DNA of 53,797 nt, filler included, from Sphacelaria rigidula (lineage: Eukaryota): the NCBI GenBank assembly GCA_964200075.2. It is 5 parts of 5 records of this genome, joined end to end, with 100 filler letters (N's around TTAATTAATTAA, not from the genome) between each part and the next. Parts side by side here need not be neighbours in the genome. Positions count along the whole stretch, not along the records: positions 10,782 to 21,461 come from CAXNAA020006091.1; positions 21,562 to 32,241 come from CAXNAA020006092.1; 3 more parts are not named here. The stretch is one strand, 5' to 3'. Below are positions 12,673 through 26,083 of this stretch, in pieces. A program made the position numbers and the translations under genes. The first letter of the stretch is position 1. Every line of letters begins with the position of its first letter. A model generated the notes under the pieces. It ran no database searches and was not told the origin of the DNA. It worked only from the letters and a program-made list of their open reading frames with translations.

Positions 12673-14717
12673 TAGATCGAACATAAAAGTGGAATACCAA
12701 AACAGTAACAGATCTACTTTCTCATACCAAGTCGGTACACAACCGAGATTTTCCCCCCATATCATAACAAGCGGAAGACAAGACTGAAGCCAAAACCTAG
12801 ACATGTGAGTAATAGCGTGAAGGTTGACCACCTTACCCGCAAATCGAAAGTACAGATCATATAACCTGTACAGACAGGGTAGGATGAGCACCCCCTCCAT
12901 GTCAAGTTCACGTGGAGGTTGGGGTCGCGTGGTGAGATACCCGTAAAACCTCATCGTTGTCAATCGGGCGGTGGAAGTCTGGTCAGCCATTTCCAGAAAT
13001 TTCCGACATTAGGTGCAAAGGGCGCCTAATGAAAAGAAGGGGTGGACGATTCAAGACGTAAACGTCAAGAGACACTGCACTCATGAAACAAGCACCTTAC
13101 TGATGACCGACCACATGAACTACGAGGAGGAGCACCAAGCGGAACGTAGACTTCTTGAGATCTTGAAGAATAGAGGCTGGTACAACGTGTGGGGGGATCG
13201 TCGGATAAGCGTTCGGTATCGAAGGTCTACTCGCAAGCATCAGTTGAGTAGCGACCCATGATGAACTGTATACGGGGTAGAACAGGGATGTACGGGACAT
13301 CCAGATGTGAGTAAGATCTCGTGCTATGCAAGCCGTCCTCGAGCCTAACACGGTGAAAATGACCCCCCTGGAGGACAGTGACTAGTACAGCAGCGGGGCG
13401 AGAAAATAGAAGATTCGATCGTGGGACGCCTAGATGGTTTACCATGAAGATCAGCTGGCACAAACGTGGGGTACTGGTGTCAAAGGTATTGACCTTGGCT
13501 TCAGGCTACGAGCCCATGTTGGAGGCGTAGTTTGTATCGGTGAGCCGGCAGAAGAACTGAAAGGCACCAGACCCCCAACGGGTACTAGGATTGGGATGTC
13601 CTAGTACGTTGAATATATCCCAATACAACTGAAACGAACAAGCTGGAGGTTGTCTCGATGGAGATCGAGAGACAGACGGTGAGGAAGGGTGGAGGGAGGA
13701 GTAAACAGTGATCAAGCAAAGTCCAAATAGTGCTAGTATTCGGAATCCGTAGCGAAATGACGAGAAAAGAGTTGAAAAAGAAATGCGATGCAGTTGGATT
13801 ATACTGTTTGGCAAGAGATAAAGTAGAAAGGGAGGGGGAGCACATTCCAAGTCACACTAATACAAGGCGCGAGCAAGGAGTGAGAAAGGAACAAAACAAG
13901 TAAGGTACCCGCATGGGTTAGAAGAGTAGGATGGAAAGTATGCGTAGCTAACGGAATGCCAAAACTAAGACGTAGTGCACGGGCAAACGGCGGGAAAAGA
14001 GAGGCAGGAACAGATGAATGCCCGGAAGAGGAAGGGGAGGAGAGATGGCGGCCCGAAGCGAATAGACAACGATTAAACTGGCAAGGGGCAGAACAATCAA
14101 GCACGTGAAGGTAGAAGTAAGAGACACGGGAAGAGGATCGGAGACAACAAGAGAACAGATAATGATTCGGAAAGGAAGTTAAGAATAGGATCGTGGAACG
14201 TGTGTTGATGCGCCGCAGGCGAGCGCAAAAGAAAAGAGATAGCGCGACAAGTGAGTAGACACGACCTAGACATGGTAGGAATTGAAGAGTCATGGGAGAA
14301 AGAGGTAGCGGAAATAGGATGTAAATTTGAAGAATACTCATGGACAGGGGGAAAGCGGAAGGGACAGAAGCCCAAGAGCAGGGGAGCGGGGGTGTAGGAT
14401 TCTCAGTCAAGGAATACCTGTGTGGCATTGTCGAAGTGATTGATGGCATGAAATTCGACGAACGTATATGGATAAGGCTACTAGGAGAGTGGAGAACGAA
14501 GGACTTCTTCGTGGGGAACATCTATATGCCCCCAGAATCGAAGCGTGGAGTGAACGATGTCCAGCGTAGGTTTGGAGAGAAAGCAGCAGATGTACATAAG
14601 CATGCAAGGCAAGGACAAGTGGTGTTAGTAGGACATTTGAATGCAACGGTAGGAAGAGCGAATCAACCGGACGACATCATGGGGCAATAAGGGGAAGATA
14701 CGAAGAACACGATTGGG

Positions 14718-15270
14718 GTTGTTGTTGTCTTTACATTGAAAGCCGTTCCGATATCTGCGCGGTTCATTCGCACTGGGCATCTGATGCGGACGCCTTCCGT
14801 GGTCACAGGCTAGCTATTTATAATAAGGTATGGGGAAATTAAACAAAACAAGAACAAAAACAAACGAAATAGGCCCAGATTAAACCTCACAAAACGCGAT
14901 ACAAGCAAAACAGAGATACATAGTAAAGAAGAAAGGAAGAAAATACATATAGCCGACCTCAGAGGATCTGGTGCCACAGGTGACCATTCGGACTTCAGGG
15001 GGTGGCCCCCGGCTTTCCAACTCGACGCGCGAGGCCAAGTAAAAATGAGCAGAGGGTCCGGCTACGGGTGAGACCCAAGGCCCCGAATACCCCCAACCTA
15101 AGAACTAAGAATCGCAAGGTTTCATGTTTCGACCTCTCAAGGGACAGGCATACGTGCAAGCATACCAGGCGTATCAAGACAAGCACTGCATGACATAACG
15201 ACACCTCTACCGGGGGGGTTTACCCCCCACCACCCCCTTTCTCTGGACCGTCGTTTCTAATGCTGACGGT
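14718..15270 (-). mobile_element. Insertion within the LINE, probably the 3' end of another retroposon with a (CAA)n tail
   Basis: Non-coding block splitting the APE reading frame; minus strand ends ...caatgtaaagacaacaacaac. No clear TSD; right boundary approximate. Confidence 0.55.
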
Positions 15271-16280
15271 CCCTGAGCATAGAGATGAAGACGCTGACCG
15301 ATAGAGCACAAACGCCAGCGGCGCAATGGACACAGACGAGGGAAAAAGAGGGAAAAAGAGGGAACAGACTATAGAGTGGAGCATGGAAAGAGTGAAGAAA
15401 TTGAAGTACAGCTATGCGCGGAGGGCGTGGGCACCACAGATCATTGCCTGATATGGACAGAAAGCCAACAGACGACGGCTAAAAGCAGTAAGCGAGGGAA
15501 AACGTTGTACAAATGGAGAATCAATCAACTAGGTGTGGAAGAGAAACGGCAAGAGTTCCAAGAAGATATGGCCAAAAATGCAGTAAGATATTCCGAACTG
15601 TTGGAACGCGTAGATACAGTTGACACTGAAATGGAAAGAAATCGGGCAGCAGCGAAGATTGTAAAAAGATAGGAGCAGCTGGTCAAGAACACAGCGAGTA
15701 AGGCCAAAGGAAAGAAACTGATCGTATGCAGAAGAGCAAGAACATGGTGGGATGAGGAGGTGAAAGAGGCTATGAGATTAAGGAGAGAGGCCCACGCGAG
15801 AGGGATGTCGAGCAAAAGTGGGGTAGAATGGGAGGGGTATACTAAAGCTCGAAAGGAAGTAGAAACCATGTACACGGTACAGAAGAACAATAAGGAAATA
15901 TGGGAAGATGTCGTGAACAAAACAAGTGAAGATTTCGATGACGGGATGAAACAAACGTGGCTAGGGGAGGAAGGGATTGTGGAAAACCAGGCAAGAACGA
16001 TAGACAAGTGGATGGCCACACTTCGGGCGAAAAACGGCGAATTGGTTTACAGTTCGAAGGGGAAGAGAGACGTGCTAGTCGAGCACTGCCGTAAACTAGG
16101 AACGCCAGAAACTAACACGAACTTCGACAAGGACTTCGAAAACGTGATCAACGAGTGGGCTGAAGCAAATGTGGAGACGTCAAAGCGGGAGCATAGTGGC
16201 TCGAAAACATGACAGAGAGAATTTACTGGAGGTGAAGTGAAGGAGTGCGTAGCTAAACTCAAGAACAAAAGGCAGCAGGG

Positions 16281-16583
16281 TGTACTCATAATCATGCATG
16301 CCATAGCCACCATTGATCTCGCATCCCTACAAAGCCAGGACGGAGCACGCCAGGTTTTTGCCGCACCAGGCTCGCACTCAACCACCAAGCACGAAGCGTC
16401 GTGGTGTGTTCGGCGAGTCGCACGAAGGGTGAGCTGCATGCTGTTGAGATTGTTCGGCTCGAAGCCTGCTGATCATTGTGCGTCTGGATGACAGCCTCCA
16501 ATGCGTTGCTTTATTTTCTGGTATCGCCACTTCCAGAGATAGCCGCGGCTTATACACTGCCTCATGGTTGTCTCGCCGTTTAC
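16281..16583. mobile_element. G/C-tract retroposon family, ~300-bp long copy with a 10-bp TSD
   Basis: GGCAGCAGGG at 16271-16280 and 16584-16593. Removing the insert and one repeat restores the host LINE motif K-N-K-(K)-A-A-G-A-D-G. Confidence 0.9.
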
Positions 16584-16663
16584 GGCAGCAGGGGCAGACG
16601 GAATGATGAATGAATTTCCGAAGTACGGGGGGGGGGGGGATAATGTTGAGTGAATAGTTAGAT

Positions 16664-17336
16664 TGTCACGGTAACTGCTTGACGCAGGGTGGTGATGTCG
16701 AGTGTCCACAGGATCAATGACCTTTCGATTGAGATGCAAGCTACAGTTGATGTAAGCTCAGCTGCGGCACAATGTACAGATGGATACAATTAGAGAAGTA
16801 TGCGGAACAAAAGGTATATATTACACTCAGGAAATACTTACTTACAGTCTCCTTGGATCCTGAGGCTCAATCTCCGCAGAAAGGGGGTAGTTGGAGCCTG
16901 TCAGACGCTGTCGAAGAGTTGGTTTATCCTTTACTGCTGTTGTTGAGGCCTTAGGCGATGAGGAGAGTGCGGACAGAGAGTGCCTTGTGGGGAACCCATC
17001 CTGCTCATCCCAAAACATAACTTCATCCAAGTCATAACTCAAATCCACTGACTCCAACTGAAATAATCTAGGCTCAACTTCAACGAGCTTTCGTACATAT
17101 CTACCGATATACCCACGTCATCCGATACGATAAGGACCAACGACGCAAGTATCAACCCAACGGCTGGGCCGTTGACCCAGATGCCGCTGAAATATTCGCC
17201 AAGATATACAACTTTAGTACCCGCCAGTCTGCATCTAGGGACGGTAGTTCACTCTGTATATCCCCATAACATTACATATGCCTCTCATGGTTGAAGCACT
17301 CGCAGACTTTGACAAGAGGCGAGAGTGCTTCATCCA
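16664..17336 (-). repeat. Putative 3' LTR of the second gypsy element
   Basis: On the minus strand a purine tract GCGGGAGAAGG is followed by TA, then TGGATG... ending ...TTACCGTGACA exactly where LINE homology stops. No second LTR is present in the window to confirm it. Confidence 0.5.
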
Positions 17337-19739
17337 TACCTTCTCCCGCACCACGAAATAATGTAGACCAACTCAAAGAAAGAAAAGAAAGAAAGAAAAA
17401 CAACAAAGAAACAAGCAAACACAAACCATAAATAAAAAAAACAGGGGAGAAGAAACAAAATCGAACCGATACAGTACAGTGTCCTCGAATTCCGTGAAAT
17501 TCTCACGAGGAACCATAAGCAAAAATAAATCAATCAATCAAACCGACATACCCTAAAATGCAGTGTGACCAAAAAGCCGCCAGCGTTTCCGGTATAGTCA
17601 CATGAAATCAAAAGCTCATCCCTGAAACGTTCATCATACCCTGTCATAACTATATTATGAAACCAGTTTACTCTTACCGGATGTCCGATTTGTTTGAGGT
17701 CATCGGTAGAAAAACAAGCAAGCCCGCCAAGGCATTGTATCACTCCGGTAACCAATTGCCTGATAATCACTCGTCCCAGTCAATCAGCAAAAGCCAACAA
17801 CGTACAGCTGATTTCGTCGCGAAAAAAAATGATTTCCCGCGAAAACCATACGTTGAAGAAAAATAAAAACACATGATACAGACAATCGACCCGGTTGACG
17901 TGAGTTAACTGTCGGTACATGTTTGTGAGAGCAACGCCTTGCCATGGACGTCTGAGTGATTATCCAGTCGTACAACACTCTTCTTGTTTTTCTCTCTCAC
18001 GACGAGATACTGAAACAACCGACCGGTTTGTGAGGTCAGGTGTCCGTATACGTCAAACGAAACGTTATTATGGAGTCAATACACAACTGTCGGGCCTACT
18101 ACGTAGTTCCGAGGCGGATCGCCCAACACATTTCTGAACCACGACAAATACACAGGACAAGAGAGGACCAACGCAGCCCACTCCTCACAGTATTTGCCCG
18201 TTCGGACTAAAACGAGACTGGCCCGAACACAAACTGGAGTGAAACCAACAGCCGGTCGTACCGTCACGTCACTTCATCCGATAATCCCTGATGAAAACAA
18301 AACACCACCGACCGATTTCAGGGGCGGGTAATTGTACGCAAAAACTGGTAAAAGTGACAGAAAAAATGGCGAGTGGCGGGCTCTGAGCCTGTAGGCTGTA
18401 CCAATGATCGAATATCGACATGGCGGAACGGACAGTTCCGGAAGAGCAATCCATCTCGTCATGATTCGTAAAGGTCCTGTATGAGCAAACGTTTGCAACC
18501 GATTGTACCGCGTATTCAATGACAGTTCTTCAACACCGCTATGTACGACGCGGCCAGTGGTGACCTCGTTGTACTTACCAACCACCGAAATGTAAATCAT
18601 CACGTCGCATTAGTCGTGACCCTCCTATAAATAAGTTCGGTCACACGTGTGCAGGACTCGCACACAAAAATGGGGCAAGTGTTCTAGATTCGAGGGTCGG
18701 GAACTTGGAACACTCATGGCGAAATTCCCGACATAGACGCAGAAACCAAAACCAATGTAAATACAAAACCAGGGGCACGCCGGACAACAGCGAAAACGAA
18801 ATATCAGTAACATGAAGAAAAACAATGCGGGGCAACCATCCTTGTAAACGGGAGCGGTCATCGTGCGTACGAAGCAAGTAGGGTCAAAAGTTTCAGCCAA
18901 GAAGGTCAAAACATTTCAGGCACTCTGCTTCGGTTACCATCGCCCATGTGAAGATAAAACTCAACGTGGTACGCACATAAAAAAGGGACACATCACGACC
19001 GATCCCGAAGAGGGAGGCGGTATGTGTGTAGGGAGCGGTTGGGCAAGAGCGCAATTACTCCAGACGGGGGGATCAGGTATATCTAGCGCTTGCTCCTAAA
19101 ACTCTCTACCGAAAAGACAAAAAAAACCATCTCCCACAAAAGAAGACGAAAGATGCGTACAACGAAGAAACACATGAGAAAATAAATGACTCATGGCAGC
19201 TGTTCCAGTATACGGAATGGTCATGAATGTACGGCGCGGAGGACGGAGGTTCAAGGTGCCACGCGCGGGGGTCAGGAATGGAACGGTCGTCACTTGCACT
19301 TTGCCAGATGAACCCAGAAATAACCAAGAGATGCTCATTGAACATTGAACACAAGAAAAATCAAACACGAAGCACGACGCGAAGGGAAAAGAAAAAGAGA
19401 AGAAAAAAGCAAAACAAAACAAAAACAAAGACAGAAACGAAGCCAAACAAAGTGACGCCAAGGCAAAAACAAAACAGAACACAGTATCGGGGTCCAAGGC
19501 CAAAAAGAAAAAAACAATACACAAGAACAAATATATATACGAACCAAATATCAAATACCAAATACAAAAACAAAATACGAAACACGACATACAACCTCTG
19601 CAAATACGGGGCTTATCAGTACGAAAAACAAATGGATGGGGGGGGCATATGGTTTGCCAACGACGCTACGGTGCAAGACAAGCGACTCGAACGTGGTACA
19701 CTACGCAAGGTGAATGAGGGAGCAGACTCGGATGCGGCA

Positions 19740-21458
19740 TCATGAGTCATCTGCATCCCAAGCGGTGTCCGTGTTCCGTAGAACGGCTGTGTCGAGTTCG
19801 CCTTGGTCGTGTCGTTGGAGGCACCAGGATCCCCTCCGAGCGGTCGGCTCCTCGGTGTAGGACGCATCATCCAAGCGAATCTTAAGGGGGCTCGGGTCAT
19901 CGAGGAAACGAATAAAGTAGGAGTTGTCAGATGCAGGATCGACCAAATGAATCTTACCCAACCACCACAGGGAATCCAAAGCCTTATACCAAAAATACGC
20001 TCCCTTCGGCAGACGTTGTCCGTGAAAGGACTGCATGTTTTGTGAACGCGAGAGAAGGCTATATCCTGCTACAGCAAACCGCGCCGAGTGCTCTCGTGCG
20101 AGTCCCCGAGCGACAGCTCTCTTGCGCATCGACCTATATCTCTTATTCAACGGGCGGTGTTGGACGGCATCTCCTACCCAGTACAGCAATATTTCCCGAC
20201 TGACGTAAGTCGACCTCACGCTCCCTGTAACACGCATGATACCCTTCCAATGAGTCTGGTACATAACCGCTATTCTACCTCCTCGACCTCGGACTAATTG
20301 ATGGCCCGAGATGCGATCTACCAGTACTCGCTTAAGGGGCCCGTTGTCATCTTCACCCGTCATGTGATATGTGGGGGCTTTGACCGCGTAGTTGGTCAAC
20401 ACGTACTGACTGAGACCCATTGGCAATTACTTGGGCATGTCGAATGCATCATGTGGGGGTAGACACGGTTTACACCTCAGCATCGATACTCGGTTTTTGA
20501 GTTTGATGCCAGGTTCATCAGTGGGAAAATCCAAATACAAAAGTTTCTCGCCTACCGGACTACTGTCGGGCGCGGCATCACAGGACCCTACCGCCAAGAT
20601 CTTCCAGGGGCCAGTCCAATTCAAGGATAGTTTCGACTTCAACACCTTATCCAACGACGACTTATTGGAGCTAGCCCCCTGAGTTACGGTCTTCACATCA
20701 TTGTACACCCATGCCCATTGATCTACCTTCCACACCGGACGAGTGTTGACCGCATCATCCAACACAGTATTTCCCCTGGCTACTTTCGCCGCGTTGATCT
20801 GGTTTTCCTCGCGTACTACCTCATACGCTAGACGAAGACGATTACCAACAGAAATACGGTACTCCGCGATATCCCTATTCAAACTCTGATGGCCCCCATA
20901 AGGTTTCCGTTCGAACACCGTCAGTGACAACCTGGGCATACGACCAATATGAACTTCATTGGGAGCTAATCCCGTTGCGGCATTGACTGAATTGTTGTAG
21001 TTCATCTGAATAAGGGGCAAATGCAAGCCCCAGTCCGTTTGTCGTTCGTTGGTTTCCGTTGCAAGCATTTGAGCCATCGTATGGTTCACTCGTTCGGTCC
21101 CACCGTTTGTGGATGGATGGTATGAGCTCGTAAAAATACGATGGGCACCCAGGAGGTTACAAATCGCAGCAGAAAGCTTGCCGGCGAAATGCGGGCCGTT
21201 ATCGGATAACAAGCGTTTGGGCACACCCCAATGCGGAATATACGTGTAAACAAGGATGTTGGCGGTACCTTCCGCGTTACAGCTACTGGCAGCGACGGCG
21301 TGCATCACCGCATGTCGACTGAATCTATCTGTGAACAACAAAATATACTCATGACCACTATCCGTCAGGGGCAAGGGGCCAAAATAGTCCCACGAAACTA
21401 CTTCCATCGCAATCGCATAGCGGGGGGGGGGGGGGGGGAACTCACGTGTTGGTTGCAT
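19740..21458 (-). mobile_element. Ty3/gypsy integrase with C-terminal chromodomain and Tudor/PWWP-like domain (one in-frame stop, local frameshift)
   Basis: VSWDYFGPLP, LFTDRFSR, LLSDNGPHF, YHPSTNGGTERVN (DDE core), WTGPWKI (GPY/F), then YQTHWKG..VT(W)EREVDL and GAYFWYKALDSLWWLGKI...YFIRFLDDP. Confidence 0.92.
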
Positions 21459-21461
21459 TAC

Positions 21462-21561
21462 NNNNNNNNNNNNNNNNNNNNNNNNNNNNNNNNNNNNNNN
21501 NNNNNTTAATTAATTAANNNNNNNNNNNNNNNNNNNNNNNNNNNNNNNNNNNNNNNNNNNN
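21462..21561. other. Assembly linker
   Basis: N44-TTAATTAATTAA-N44. Confidence 0.97.
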
Positions 21562-23258
21562 CAAATCTTCTGTGTCGAGTAGATATTGCTTTTAGAGCTT
21601 AAATCCGTTTCTAGGCTTGCCCAGCTCGTATATCACCCCCAAGATAACACCCGCGGGTGATCGGTTTCCGGGTCCAACAGCAGGTGGTCTAATGGTACAA
21701 CTGACATCATTAGGACGAGGAAAACGCGGATTTGATTGCCGCCAGATGAATCTAGTCCCCCCCCCCCCCCCGGAAGTATCTGACGTCCATCGTTGAAAGC
21801 GTGAGGACTTGAGTAGCACAGCAAATTACCATTTTCGAAGTTTGGTACAGGATCGTCGACGGTGCGGGAGTATTGGTCATTATCCAATCCGCGATACCAA
21901 AATGTAATACATGTAACGGGGGAAATATGGACTCTTCCCGAGGGAGGGGAGAAGTAGGAAGTGACAAAAAAACTTGTCATCACCCGCGCGTGTTGACCTT
22001 CCAAGGCCATCGTTTGTGGAGGGGTGTATCTTTCTAATTCAAACAGGTTCTCCCGCTCCCAAAACGGCCAATCGGTCCATCTGGTGAATTTTCCCCATTC
22101 CAGTGCCGCTGCGCTATAGGCCGCATGCCCTCAGCCCATAATTCAACACAGATAGCAATGCTCTTTTATAGTGTACCGACGCACATACTGGAGCAACATC
22201 CCAAGTCTTCAGGGATGGAATGATGGACCGTTGCCACCATGCTCCCACCGGTGGTAACGGTGGACAAGCTTTTACATCGAATGCTCCCCGATTGAATATT
22301 TCGAGTAACCGTGATCGGGGCATGACCGACGTGACAAAATGTATCTGGTCACCCCCGACGGTAGCATGACGGCCACGATTCAACCCATGCCCCAAGGCTT
22401 GGTGTACCACAACAGTATGTGGGCATGATGTAAAAGCGCTAGGTGATCACCAGCATGTGTACAGGGTGTGGGGAGTTGTGGGTTGGTAGGATGCGGGGCA
22501 CGACACAGCGGCAAAACACAATAGTCGCCATGTGGACCAACTGAATATTTGAAATCCCACGAGGAAAAACACACACACGCACACAATACTGCTTGAGAGA
22601 ATATTTATAGCACTTGAAGAGCCAAAAACCCACCTCCGGCGGATCACCCGAAAACCCTGTGTCACTCACATATACAATTGCATGTCAACGCACACCTCCG
22701 ATGAACCGATTCACTTGATTCATGTACAAAACAAAGAACCCAGGTTGGCGGACACCGGCAAGGGGCTTGGGCGATATACTCTCGCTAGCACAAGGGCTAT
22801 ACCGACTCGCTGGCAAATTCGGGAATGCGCCAATTTTTGGATAGTTTGGTCCAAACACAGCAGTACAGCACATTTTGGAGGAAACTTTGTTTTGACGCCC
22901 GTGTGAGGTTCGAAGGTGACCTCCCTTCTTCAGGCAGTTGGTTTCTGTGGATAGTTACCCAAGTATCGAAAATGGTTATTTCCTGAGTGTAACCAATTTG
23001 TGCATGAAACGGGCTGAAGAGTTCATGTTCGGGCAACCTGTCCCTGTGCTGATTTTGCTCTCGTCCTTCAAGTGTATACCCTCGAATGTGGTGTGTGAAG
23101 TGAGAAGGGCGATGGCTGTCTTGACCCTGTCTGAGTTTCTCCCGAAGAATATACATATCTTGCAGCTCCAGTGTGTAGCAACGGGCATGGAGAGCACACA
23201 CCCCCTGCCCCCTCACCCCTTGTCCTTGCCTACCTCCGCTATGCTTGAAATCTGGCAG

Positions 23259-23584
23259 GAGACAGTAGCAGCAACAGCAACAACAGCGTCAACAAAGGCG
23301 GTGGTGCAGTAACAGCTATACTGGCCGGTGAATCTCCTGCCGCGGACCCAGCAGCAACAGCAAGACTGCACAGTACTTTTCTCGAATACATAGAACAGGC
23401 GCAGGCCAGCGAAGCAGTGGAACACTTTGCTGCGATAATGCGGGCGGGCGGCCCTCTCGTGACGCTCAGGCGGCGGCAGTTACTGGTGATGCTCTGCGCG
23501 CAGGGGCTCGTGGAGCAAGCGAGTCAACAGCTGACGGGCGCTACTGTGTGCGATTATTTTGACAGTCAAGACTTGGCCACAGTG
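23259..23584 (+). CDS. PPR-like protein, internal exon
   Basis: tggcag|GA...GTG|gtgagt; open frame DSSSN...EAVEHFAAIMRAGG...LLVMLCAQGLVEQA. Upstream exons not found in this contig. Confidence 0.7.
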
Positions 23585-23915
23585 GTGAGTGGGGGAGATG
23601 TACGTAGATGCTGACGTATTACCGCGACTTCTTGGTTCGGGGAATGAAATTTCGTACCTTGCAGCCCCTGTGATGAGGACACGATTGAGATTAGATTTCT
23701 GAGGAATAGCGTCGTAGCTGTGCAGATCGATTCTGCCTGGTCATTGTTTTTGATCCGTAATCGATTTCGCGTTCAGAGTACTTCATTATCGACGTATTTT
23801 TTGTATCCTCTATATTTTGCCATTCTTTGCTTTGCGCATCTAATATTCTGATGCTTTTCGCCCACCCTGATGTTGCTGGCACCTTTGCTTTGTTGTGGCA
23901 TTTAAAAAAAAACAG

Positions 23916-24149
23916 GCGGGCTTTATGTACGTTATCGAGGCGTGTCTGCATCACGGAGAGTTGGACCGCGCGCTGAAGCACTTCCGACAGGCGTCTGGCG
24001 CAATGATAACCCTGGATCTGCCGCTGTGTGAGGGGTTAGCGTTGGCCCTGTTTGTGAAGGGATTGGAGCAAGACGACGCGAACTTGAGAACTTGGGGGTG
24101 GAATGTCCTCGAGTACGTTAAACAGAGCGGGATGAAGCACGGGTCAGAG
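23916..24149 (+). CDS. PPR-like protein, internal exon
   Basis: aacag|GCG...GAG|gtgtgt, 234 nt, phase 0/0; FMYVIEACLHHGELDRALKHFRQA resembles the PPR helix pair. Confidence 0.8.
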
Positions 24150-26083
24150 GTGTGTTCAGTGCTATCGTGATGCGTTGTTCGCGTATTTTCATGTCTATTT
24201 TGTTTCGAAGTCACGTTTTGTTCGTAGAAATGAACCCTTTCGGAACTCACAATGGAAAATTGATCATTTGCCATTGACGGTTTTTGAGCAAGACATGGTT
24301 GATGGTTCACAGCTTGGACGCAACAATATTCGCCCAGCGCGTATTTTTCAGACCCGTGCGAGTGACAAGTGGAACAAGAGCAGGTTTCCTATTTTCTCAT
24401 TGCGGCGAGGTCCAGGACCCGTCGGCGTTTTTTTTCTACACTCGTGAGCTCCTTCCCCAGCCACAGTGCGCGGCGAGCCTCTGTGAAGCATGCTTCCCGC
24501 CTGACCTGCACGCCCTTCCCGCTGAAGTTTATACTCTTTGCAGCGCCATAGCAACGAGGGCAACGCCGATGATACATTCGCCATATTTATTAACTAGCGG
24601 TGCAATACAATAGCCAGGCAGTCACCTTTCCGTGCCGCCGAGGGTGCCGCAATACTGCCCTGTACAATACTGGGTGTGTTTACAGCAGTTTGGGGTAATC
24701 TCGACTGCAGACACACGTCATGCACAACATCGCGCTCATGCACGTTCCGACAGCACCATCCCGTCGTTTGAGAAAATCCGTAAAGGCGACTAGACGCCAT
24801 TTGCCCTGCAGTTATGCACCGTCACTGTGGTGTAGGCTGGGTCTGCCAAGTGCCGTCGCCCCAGGGGTGATGTCTTACAGCTCCGTGTTATGTCTGCATT
24901 GTATTTTGAAAATATATCTGTAAAAGCGAGGCACGCACAAAACTGCGCCCTGCCAAGCACGTGCCGACAACATCATACTGCGGGTTGGCCATTACACAAC
25001 GGCGTAGCGAAAGGGATAGTTGCCCCACCACATCTATATCGCGGGTTGATCGTTACCGACGATTGCACAGACATACTTGATGCTGCATGAGATTCATGAC
25101 GCCGGCCACCGCTATCGTCTCCTGCCGTCTACGCTCGTGGCCGACTTTTCACGACATGCTTATATTTATCTCGCACGGAGTGTCGTTGCAAGTCGATACT
25201 GTAAACTACTGTATTTCCTGACTGTAGTGTTTTTCATCTGGCGTGATTACGGTAGGCGGTGCCCACTGACTCCCTCCCGTGTGCATGTATATCGCCTGTG
25301 CGGACGCCTGCGATTACGCCCGCCATGTACCGCCCGCACAACCCACTGTGCCTTCCACATTTGGTGACGGGATTTCGCTGGGTTCAACCATACTACGCTG
25401 TATGGACGGTGTGGCTTGATAAAGTCGCCACCTGATGCTGCAGCCCGTCAAAACGGTGCTTCCCTTATTTTCAAATAAATGCTGATATACCGACGTGGCT
25501 GGTTGGGCCCTGGAACCCATTGCTGTTTTTTGAATGGAATGTTCCATAGTGGTTTTGCTGAATATTGTAGATGGATACAATTGGACACACTTCATCCGTT
25601 GCGTGGTATGATTGGACAAACCTTACCCGACCGCTCCAGGGAGGACATTTTTTTTCGGTCTTCCATCATGAAAATGGTTGCCGTCGGCGTTTTCTGTTTC
25701 CATGTTTTCCTCTTGGTCAAGGCTTCTCATAATAAGGCGTTTGGTCAGGGGACAGGAGGGGAGGGTTCCAAAAGGCTTAATATACTGATGATGTCGATTG
25801 TTGCCCTGTCTTCCGCTTTTACCCCGACGAATTTAAATGAATGTACATGTTGTATGTACCTCTTGCTGACCTTTGTTTTCGCTGCAGACGACGTGGGCGC
25901 GCGACTTTAGCACACGGTACCCCCTCTTGTTTTGTGTTTAAAAACAGCAAGTAACAGTCAGTATCCAACAGAAGCAATACCCTGTCACAGCACAGCACAA
26001 CACAGTACAGTATAGTCCGATGTAATACAAAAGTACGTCCGCCGTTTGCGCATGCACCCGCACTACTTCCCGCGGCAACACAG

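Larger units (their letters stand above)
14170..16663 (+). mobile_element. Decayed non-LTR retrotransposon (LINE) ORF2: APE endonuclease, linker and start of RT region
   Basis: Fragments RIGSWNV, VGIEESWE, GNIYMPP, VLVGHLNA (GDFNA motif), TTDHCLIW (SDH motif), then EVKECVAKLKNK..AAGADGMMNEFPKYGG. Interrupted by two insertions and cut off at 16663. Confidence 0.9.

Noticed and set aside
13799-14521. 240-aa minus-strand ORF
   Set aside because: Shadow of purine-rich LINE sequence on the plus strand.
19096-19745. Lys-rich and Phe-rich ORFs on both strands
   Set aside because: Artefacts of A-rich low-complexity sequence in the gypsy 3' region.
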